From positions 12 to 64,011 of the forward strand of contig CAYXTN010000002.1 in assembly GCA_964468085.1 (NCBI GenBank): a DNA stretch of 64,000 nt, given 5' to 3'. Numbering within the stretch: the first letter of the stretch is position 1; each line of letters begins with the position of its first letter. Positions 47,080 through 54,452 of the stretch are shown here, piece after piece. Source of the DNA: an uncultured Clostridia bacterium. Lineage in GTDB: Bacteria > Bacillota > Clostridia > Christensenellales > Borkfalkiaceae. The notes under the pieces were generated by a model. The model was not told the DNA's origin. It ran no database searches and was given only the letters and a program-made list of their open reading frames with translations. The position numbers were made by a program, and so were the translations under genes.

Positions 47080-48381
47080 ATGAAAAAGGTATATACTTGC
47101 TTTTGCACCGACGTCATTCACGAGGGGCACTTGAATATCATAAACGAGGCGAAAAAATACGGCGAGGTGTACGTCGGCGTACTCACCGACGAGGCGATGA
47201 TAAGATTTAACAGATTTCCCGCCGTATCGTTCGAAGAGCGCGTTGCAATGGTAAAAAATATCGAGGGCGTCAAAGAGGTAATAGTTCAGCGCGAGATTAT
47301 GTACGACAAGGTTATAAACGAGCTGAAGCCCGACTACGTTATCCACGGCGACAACTGGAAAAGCGGCACTATGAAAGCCATTCGCGACAACGTCGAAAAG
47401 CTTTTAAAGGAACTCGGCGGCGACAGAAAGATTATCGACGTGCCCTATACCTATAACGAAAACGTCAAGAGGACGGACGCGAAAATCAAGGAAAAGTTGG
47501 CTATGCCCGAGTACAGAAGAAAGAGGTTGAAACAGCTTTTGAAACTGCGCCCGATAGTAAAAACTATCGAGGTACACAGCGGACTTACGGGACTTATCGC
47601 CGAAAAAACGGTCGTAGAGCACAACGGCGAATTTGACCAGTTCGACGCAATGTGGGTAAGCTCTCTGTGCGATTCGACGGCAAAGGGCAAGCCCGATATC
47701 GAGCTTGTCGATATGACCTCGCGTTTCAGAACGATTGACGACGTTATGGAGGTTACGACAAAGCCCATAATTTTCGACGGCGACACGGGCGGTCTTACCG
47801 AGCACTTCGTGTACACCGTGCGCTCGCTCGAGCGTATGGGCGTTTCGGCGGTAATTATCGAGGACAAGACGGGTTTAAAGAAAAATTCGCTGTTCGGCAC
47901 GGAAGTCGCGCAAACTCAGGACACTATCGAAAACTTCTGCGAGAAGATTGCCGCGGGCAAAAAGGTTCAGCTTACCGACGACTTTATGATTGTCGCGCGT
48001 ATAGAGAGCCTTATATTGGAGCGCGGAATGGAAGACGCGCTTAAACGCGCCCACGCTTACGTCAAGGCGGGCGCGGACGGAATTATGATTCACAGCCGCA
48101 AGAAAGACCCCGCGGAGATTTTAGAGTTCTGCGATAAATTCCGCGCCGACAATAAGGAAACGCCCATTGTCGTCGTGCCTTCGTCCTTTAACACGATAAC
48201 GGAGGCGGAGCTTGCCGAGCACGGCGTAAACATAGTAATATACGCCAACCAGCTTACGCGCAGCGCGTTCCCCGCAATGGAGCAGACGGCAAAGGATATT
48301 TTGAAATATCATAGAGCGCACGAAGTCGATTCGCGCCTGCTTCCCATTAAGGACATAATTTCGCTTATCGAGGAACTGTAA
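47080..48381 (+). CDS. ppm: Fusion protein: cytidylyltransferase-like (HxGH) domain plus phosphoenolpyruvate phosphomutase
   Basis: The ATG at 47080 follows aaggag. The N-terminal CFCTDVIHEGHLNII carries a TagD-like HxGH motif. The C-terminal EVHSGLTGLIAE..MWVSSLCDSTAKGKPDIE..FDGDTGG is typical of PEP mutase / isocitrate-lyase-family proteins. Confidence 0.8.
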   Translation: MKKVYTCFCTDVIHEGHLNIINEAKKYGEVYVGVLTDEAMIRFNRFPAVSFEERVAMVKNIEGVKEVIVQREIMYDKVINELKPDYVIHGDNWKSGTMKAIRDNVEKLLKELGGDRKIIDVPYTYNENVKRTDAKIKEKLAMPEYRRKRLKQLLKLRPIVKTIEVHSGLTGLIAEKTVVEHNGEFDQFDAMWVSSLCDSTAKGKPDIELVDMTSRFRTIDDVMEVTTKPIIFDGDTGGLTEHFVYTVRSLERMGVSAVIIEDKTGLKKNSLFGTEVAQTQDTIENFCEKIAAGKKVQLTDDFMIVARIESLILERGMEDALKRAHAYVKAGADGIMIHSRKKDPAEILEFCDKFRADNKETPIVVVPSSFNTITEAELAEHGVNIVIYANQLTRSAFPAMEQTAKDILKYHRAHEVDSRLLPIKDIISLIEEL

Positions 48382-48388
48382 AAAGAGT

Positions 48389-49081
48389 ATGGCAAACGCA
48401 ATTATAATGGCGTCGGGACTGGGTACGAGAATGCGCCCCTTGACCGAAAAAACGCCTAAACCGCTCATAAAAGTATTGGGCAAACCGATGGTCGAAAGCG
48501 TAATCGACGCGCTCAATGAAATAGACGTCGGGCACATTTACGTCGTAGTGGGCTATCTTAAAGAACAGTTTAAGTATCTTACCGAAAAGTACGGCAACGT
48601 AAGCTTAATCGAAAACCCCGACTACGAAAGGGTTAACAACATTTCGTCGATATATTACGCGAAAGACGTTCTTTTAAAGGGCTGTACCTATATCTGCGAG
48701 GCTGATTTGTACGTTGCAAATCGAAAGCTGTTCTGCGCAGACTTGCTGCAGTCTTGCTATTTCGGCAAGTTCGTTAAAGGATATTCGGGCGACTGGGTGT
48801 TCGACACCGACGAAAACGGGCTTATAACGCGCGTCGGCAAGTGCGGAACGGATTTATACAATATGGTAGGTTTATCCTATTTTACCGCCGCGGACGCGGA
48901 AATTTTATCGCGCAAAATCGGGCAGGCGTACGGGCAGACGGGGTATGAAGCTTTGTTCTGGGACGACGTTGTAAACGACAATTTATCCGAGTTGAAACTG
49001 CGCGTTCACGCGGTGGGAACGGACGATATTTACGAAATTGACACGGTTGAAGAACTGAAAGCCATTAACGGTGAGGAATAA
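48389..49081 (+). CDS. LicC/PntC-like nucleotidyltransferase (candidate phosphonate cytidylyltransferase)
   Basis: AIIMASGLGTRMRPLTEKTPKPLIKV is present. The length is 230 aa. It lies between the ppm and ppd genes. Confidence 0.75.
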   Translation: MANAIIMASGLGTRMRPLTEKTPKPLIKVLGKPMVESVIDALNEIDVGHIYVVVGYLKEQFKYLTEKYGNVSLIENPDYERVNNISSIYYAKDVLLKGCTYICEADLYVANRKLFCADLLQSCYFGKFVKGYSGDWVFDTDENGLITRVGKCGTDLYNMVGLSYFTAADAEILSRKIGQAYGQTGYEALFWDDVVNDNLSELKLRVHAVGTDDIYEIDTVEELKAINGEE

Positions 49082-49087
49082 AAAATT

Positions 49088-50206
49088 ATGAAAATCGAAA
49101 GCTTTATACAAGCGTTAAACGCCGACTTTTTCACGGGTGTGCCCGATTCGCAGCTCAAATCGCTGTGCGACTATCTTGTCAACACGTACGGCACGGATAC
49201 CAAGCACCATATAATAGCCGCTAACGAGGGCAACTGCGCGGCGATAGCGGCGGGTTATCATCTGGCAACGGGGAAAGTGCCCGTCGTGTATATGCAAAAC
49301 AGCGGCGAGGGCAATATTATCAACCCCGTGGCTTCTTTGATGAACGACAAAGTTTACGCAATTCCCTGCATTTTCGTCGTCGGCTGGCGCGGAGAGCCCG
49401 GCGTTCACGACGAGCCTCAGCACGTCTATCAGGGCGAAGTTACGGTTAAGCTTTTGGAGGATATGGACGTAAAAGCGTTCGTTATCGATAAGAGCACTAC
49501 GGACGGCGAGCTCGGCGGTATGGTAAAGGAGGCGCAAGCAGTTTTATCCAAGGGTAAGCAGGTTGCGTTCGTCATTAAGAAGGGCGCGCTCGAATACTCG
49601 GAAAAAGTCAAGTACGCAAACGCCAACGCTATGAGCCGCGAAGAAATAATCAGGCACATAGTTGCGGTAAGCGGCGAAGACCCTATCGTTTCAACGACGG
49701 GCAAGGCTTCGAGGGAGCTGTTCGAAATACGCGAGGCAAACGGTCAAGGTCACGGCTACGACTTTTTGACGGTCGGCTCTATGGGGCACAGCTCGTCGAT
49801 TGCGCTGGGTATTGCGCTTCAGAAACCGGACAAAAAGGTGTGGTGCGTAGACGGCGACGGCGCGGCGCTCATGCATATGGGCTCGATGGCGGTAATGGGA
49901 GCAACCTCGCCTGATAACCTCGTGCATATAGTCATAAATAACGGCGCGCACGAAACGGTAGGCGGTATGCCGACCGTTGCGGGCAAGATAGATTTGACGG
50001 GCGTTGCCAAGGCTTGCGGCTATAAGAGCGCGGTAAAGGTGGAAAGCTTTGACGAGCTCGACGCCGAGCTTAAGAAAGCAAAGGCGAGCAAAGAGTTATC
50101 GTTTATTGAGGTGTTGAGCGCGATAGGCTCGCGTGCCGATTTGGGGCGTCCCACGACTACGCCCGTACAGAACAAAACCGACTTTATGAAAAATCTGAAG
50201 TCGTAA
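49088..50206 (+). CDS. ppd: Phosphonopyruvate decarboxylase (ThDP-dependent)
   Basis: The ThDP motif reads VDGDGAALMHMGSMAV....NNGAHETVGG. The length is 372 aa and the gene sits in a phosphonate context. Confidence 0.85.
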   Translation: MKIESFIQALNADFFTGVPDSQLKSLCDYLVNTYGTDTKHHIIAANEGNCAAIAAGYHLATGKVPVVYMQNSGEGNIINPVASLMNDKVYAIPCIFVVGWRGEPGVHDEPQHVYQGEVTVKLLEDMDVKAFVIDKSTTDGELGGMVKEAQAVLSKGKQVAFVIKKGALEYSEKVKYANANAMSREEIIRHIVAVSGEDPIVSTTGKASRELFEIREANGQGHGYDFLTVGSMGHSSSIALGIALQKPDKKVWCVDGDGAALMHMGSMAVMGATSPDNLVHIVINNGAHETVGGMPTVAGKIDLTGVAKACGYKSAVKVESFDELDAELKKAKASKELSFIEVLSAIGSRADLGRPTTTPVQNKTDFMKNLKS

Positions 50207-50245
50207 ACGGATTTATACTACAAAGGCACATTCGGGAGATATGGA

Positions 50246-51439
50246 ATGAAGAGAGTTTTGCTGCTTGTAAAAACCATAACGAGCTTCGGCGGCGCGGAGC
50301 GTATGTGCGCTTTCTTGACTAATGTGCTTCGGAGCGGTGGGTATGAGGTTGACGTAGTTGCAAAATTCCCGCCGACAGGTGGTTCGGAAACATACGCTTT
50401 CCCTATTGACAAAGACATAAAAATCTACCCGTTGGCAGATATTATAGGCAATCAGTTTGAGTTTAATTTTTTTGAAAAGGTATATAAAAAGTTAAATAGT
50501 ATATTCGGGATTTTTAATCATAAGTGCTTCAGTCGGTTAAATGCTTTCTTTCATGTGCCGGTTAGGTACCGTAAAAAGCTTATTAAATTTATTAATGACA
50601 ATAAGTACGACGCGGTAGTCGGAGTTGAAAGCTTTTTTTCAATGGTGCTCGGAATAATTTCGGATAAAATTTCCGCAAAAACATTGGGGTGGCAGCATTG
50701 TTCTTATGAAGCTTACTTTTCGAGTAAAAGTGTTGGGTTTTGGCATGAGGATTATCTTGCGCATTATGCTTTTGCACAATTAGACAAATATATAGTTTTA
50801 AATGAAATTGACCAAAAGAAATATAAAGACCGGTTTGGTTTAGATACTCAGTATATTTACAATCCTAAGAGCTTTGAAAGTGAAAGAGTGTCGAACTTGA
50901 ATAACACGCAATTTTTAGCGGTTGGCAGATTAGCGGAAGAAAAGCAGATAGATAAAATTATACAAGCTTATTATATTTACAGCCAAAATGTAAAGGAGTC
51001 TTGGGAATTGCTAATCGTCGGAGATGGCTACGAAAAAGAAAAATGTCAAAAGCTTATAGAAGAATACAACTTGCAAGATAAAATTATTTTGCATCCTTTT
51101 ATTAAAGAGGTTAAAGAGTTGTATTTGCATGCTTCATGTTTTCTGACGGCTTCGAAATCCGAGGGCTTTGGTTTAACAGTTTTGGAGGCGCTGACCTGTG
51201 GTTGCCCCGTAATTGCTTTCGATTTGCCTGCTTATAAACCGATGTTGGAGAATAACGTGAACTCTATCATTGTGGAAATGAATAATGTGCAGAAATTCGC
51301 TTCGGCAATGGAAAAAATTTCAACGCAAGACGAATTGCGCGTGAAACTCGGGTTAAATGCAAAATTGAAGTCCGAGGAGTTCGGTTGTGATGTAATTGGT
51401 GCCCAATGGCTGGATGTTTTTGATAAATTATTAAATTAG
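50246..51439 (+). CDS. Glycosyltransferase, GT4-like, encoded on markedly AT-rich DNA
   Basis: SFGGAERMCAFL and TASKSEGFGLTVLEALTCGCPVIA are present. Composition visibly drops relative to the neighbouring genes. Confidence 0.8.
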   Translation: MKRVLLLVKTITSFGGAERMCAFLTNVLRSGGYEVDVVAKFPPTGGSETYAFPIDKDIKIYPLADIIGNQFEFNFFEKVYKKLNSIFGIFNHKCFSRLNAFFHVPVRYRKKLIKFINDNKYDAVVGVESFFSMVLGIISDKISAKTLGWQHCSYEAYFSSKSVGFWHEDYLAHYAFAQLDKYIVLNEIDQKKYKDRFGLDTQYIYNPKSFESERVSNLNNTQFLAVGRLAEEKQIDKIIQAYYIYSQNVKESWELLIVGDGYEKEKCQKLIEEYNLQDKIILHPFIKEVKELYLHASCFLTASKSEGFGLTVLEALTCGCPVIAFDLPAYKPMLENNVNSIIVEMNNVQKFASAMEKISTQDELRVKLGLNAKLKSEEFGCDVIGAQWLDVFDKLLN

Positions 51440-51495
51440 ATAAGGCTAAATATCGCAGTTTGGTAATATTCGGTTGAATGCTTTTTAAATGTTTT

Positions 51496-52626
51496 CTATA
51501 CTGCAAGCCCCAATAAAAGCATTACGCCGGTTAAAATTATCAGAAACGAGAAATTGAAAGCGGAGAAAATCCCGAGATATTTTCCGCCCTTGCCGGGGTT
51601 GTGCGTGCAGTATTCTCTGAACGTGATAAGACTTGCAAGCGAGGAAATGAGCGTTCCGACCCCGCCGATATTCACGCCCACCAAAAGGGGAGCGTAGTTA
51701 TCGGTAAACTGCGACAGAAGTATTGCGGACGGCACATTGCTTATTACCTGGCACGAAAGCACGCTGAAAAGCAGAGTGTTCAGGTTCAAAAGGTAAGAAA
51801 AGAAGGAGCGCACGGCTTCAATCCTTGCCATATTCCCCGCAAAGATAAAGAAGAAAACGAAAGTTAAAAGCAGCGGGTAATCGACGGCTAAAAGCGCTTT
51901 TCTGTCTACAATTAAAAGTACGAGCAGTATAACGGGCAACCCTATCCAATAGGGAATTACTCTGAATACCATAATTATCGAAAGCGTAAACAGCACAAGA
52001 TACAAAGCAGTGCGTTTGGGTTCGGGTTTGGCGGTTTCGCCCTCGAAAACGAGCGGCTCTTTTTTTACGAAAATTAAACAGCACACCGTAATCAGAAGAA
52101 CGGAGAGGGCAAAGGGTATTACCATAATGCCCATAAATTCGAGCGTGGGAATGGAAAAGTTCGAATAGAGATAGAGGTTTTGCGGGTTGCCGAAGGGCGT
52201 GAGCATACCGCCGAGATTTGCCGCTATGTTTTGCATAACGAAGGTGAAAATCATATACTTTTCCGTTTTGGTATTTGTAAGAACGAGAAAACCGAGCGGC
52301 AGAAAAGTCAGAAGCGCCATATCGTTGGCAATGAGCATAGAGCCGATAAAGGTGATATAGACGAGAGCCAAAACGGAGCTTCTCGCCGTCTTGAAAATTT
52401 TGACCGTTCTGTCGGCGAGGAAGTAGAAAAAGTTGACGTTTTTCAGTGCGCAAACGATAGCGAGCACGGCCCAAAGACAGGATAGCGTGCGCAAGTCGAA
52501 ATATCCCAAATATTGACTGTCGGGCGGAACAAAAAACATCGTTACTATTGCAAGAAGAAGAGCAATCAGCATAACGATATTTTTGCGTGCAAACCTGCCC
52601 GTTTTTCGTAAAAACTCGCTTTTCAT
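51496..52626 (-). CDS. Polytopic anion/ion permease (ArsB/NhaD / citrate-transporter-like superfamily)
   Basis: The 376-aa protein has at least 10 TM segments and resembles the family by eye. The substrate is unknown. Confidence 0.6.
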   Translation of the reverse strand: MKSEFLRKTGRFARKNIVMLIALLLAIVTMFFVPPDSQYLGYFDLRTLSCLWAVLAIVCALKNVNFFYFLADRTVKIFKTARSSVLALVYITFIGSMLIANDMALLTFLPLGFLVLTNTKTEKYMIFTFVMQNIAANLGGMLTPFGNPQNLYLYSNFSIPTLEFMGIMVIPFALSVLLITVCCLIFVKKEPLVFEGETAKPEPKRTALYLVLFTLSIIMVFRVIPYWIGLPVILLVLLIVDRKALLAVDYPLLLTFVFFFIFAGNMARIEAVRSFFSYLLNLNTLLFSVLSCQVISNVPSAILLSQFTDNYAPLLVGVNIGGVGTLISSLASLITFREYCTHNPGKGGKYLGIFSAFNFSFLIILTGVMLLLGLAV

Positions 52627-52728
52627 ATGCTGTATTATATCACTAATTTAAAAAAAGCGTACTGTTTTATAGCGCATTACAACAGTAAATTGTAAAATTC
52701 GCAATTTTTTGTTTAAGGAGGTAATTAT

Positions 52729-54059
52729 ATGATTTACGTTACGGGCGATACGCACAGAACGGACTTACTTTACATACATAACTTTTGCGATAATCATCCC
52801 GAACTTACCAAGAGCGACTATATAATTATATCGGGCGACTTCGGCGGAGTCTGGGCAAAGGAAACGCTCGAAAGAGATTTGCAACCCTTTTCGGACTTGC
52901 CCGTAACCGTCTTGTTCGTGGACGGCAATCACGAAAATTTCGATTTGATAAACGCCTATCCCGTAGAGGTCTGGAACGGCGGAAAGGTGCACAGAATAAA
53001 ACCCGACGTTATTCATTTAATGCGCGGGCAGGTGTTCGAGATAGAGGGAAAAACCATTTTCACTTTCGGCGGCGCGACGAGTATTGACAGAGATTACCGC
53101 GTCGAGGGCGAAAGCTGGTGGGCAGGTGAAGCGCCCACATATGAAGAACTCGACGAGGGTTTGGCAAATCTTAAAAGGTACGGCAACAAAGTCGACTATA
53201 TAATCACCCATTCCTGCGGTGAGCGCGCTCTCACATATCCTAAGCTTAGAATTGCAGCAAGCATTAAAACGATGTGCCCCGAAAGTCATCTTTTGTCCAA
53301 CTTCGAAGACATTGTTCAGTTTAAACACTGGTATTTCGGGCATTTTCATATCGACGCGAATTTGAGCGACAAATATACCGCGCTTTTGCATAACGTAGTG
53401 TGCTTAAACGATAAAACGGCAAAGTACAAAATTTCCGTGCTCGGCGATTCCATATCCACATATGTGGGCATAATCCTCCCGAATACGTCTATTACGATGA
53501 AGCCGCAGCTTATGAGAACGGGCTTTTGAGCGTGAACGATACTTGGTGGAAAAGAGTAATCGACGGCCTTGAAGGAGAGGTTTGCGAGAATAACTCTTAT
53601 TCTGGTAGCTTTGTTTTCGGCGAGAACGAAACCGCCGCAAGCTCGGAAGAAAGGTGCTCGCATTTGCATAAGGACGCCGACCCCGATATAATACTCGTTT
53701 ATATGGGAACTAACGATAGAGGGCACGGAATCGAATTCGGAAAGTTTTACGACGCTTATTGCACTATGCTTAAGCGGATAAAGAAAAATTATCCCTCCGC
53801 GAAAGTAGTGTGCGCTACGTTACTTGTGGGCTACAAGAAAAGTGAGGGCGACGAACACGACGCAGAAAAATTCGTTGCGGAGTTCGATTATAACAACGCT
53901 ATCCGCGCCGCGGCGGAAAAGGAAGGCTGTATACTTGCAGACCTCGCCTCGTCGGGCAGGTGCTACGAAACCTTAGACGGATTGCACCCCACGAGAAACG
54001 GACACCGCCTGATTGCCAACCTTTGGCTTGAAAAGCTTACTTGCTTAAAACACTCATAA
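52729..54059 (+). pseudogene. Metallophosphoesterase::SGNH/GDSL-hydrolase fusion gene interrupted by a 1-nt frameshift near 53469
   Basis: Metallophosphoesterase motifs are GDTHR, SGDFGG, VDGNHEN, ITHS and GHFH. The same frame runs into the SGNH block I sequence ISVLGDSISTYVG, then stops at 53529. The next frame continues HNPPEYVYYDEAAAYENGLLSVNDTWW...MGTNDRG...DGLHPT, covering blocks III and V. Confidence 0.7.
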
Positions 54060-54082
54060 TTCGACATAAACCCACATATATT
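54054..54082 (+). promoter_or_regulatory. Possible sigma-E-type sporulation promoter upstream of spoIIID
   Basis: The elements are tCATAATT, a 13-nt spacer and CATATATT. This resembles the Bacillus sigma-E consensus (ATATT ... CATACA-T). Spacing to the RBS and ATG is reasonable. Confidence 0.3.
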
Positions 54083-54102
54083 TACCCAAGAGGGGTAATT
54101 AT

Positions 54103-54363
54103 ATGTGGGATATTCATATGCGCATACTTGCAGAAGCGGAGTATATAGTAAAGACAAATTCAACCGTGCGCGCCTGCGCGGGTCACTTTTCAATAAGCAA
54201 GTCCACCGTACATAAGGACGTAACCGAGCGGTTGGAGGAAATCGATAAAAAGCTCTTTGAAAGCGTGAGAGAGGTGCTCGACAAAAACCTTTCCGAACGC
54301 CATATCCGCGGCGGACTTGCAACAAGAAGCAAATACGAACGCGCAAGGAAAAATTTTTCATAA
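54103..54363 (+). CDS. spoIIID: Stage III sporulation protein D (transcriptional regulator)
   Basis: YIVKTNSTVRACAGHFSISKSTVHKDVTERL....RHIRGG.ATR.KY closely parallels B. subtilis SpoIIID. The length is 86 aa. Confidence 0.88.
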   Translation: MWDIHMRILAEAEYIVKTNSTVRACAGHFSISKSTVHKDVTERLEEIDKKLFESVREVLDKNLSERHIRGGLATRSKYERARKNFS

Positions 54364-54452
54364 AAATTACACTTTAACGCTCGCTTTATAATTTGGCAAT
54401 TGCTTTATATTATGATATAATTTATCCGGTATATTATTGCATAAGGTAAAGT

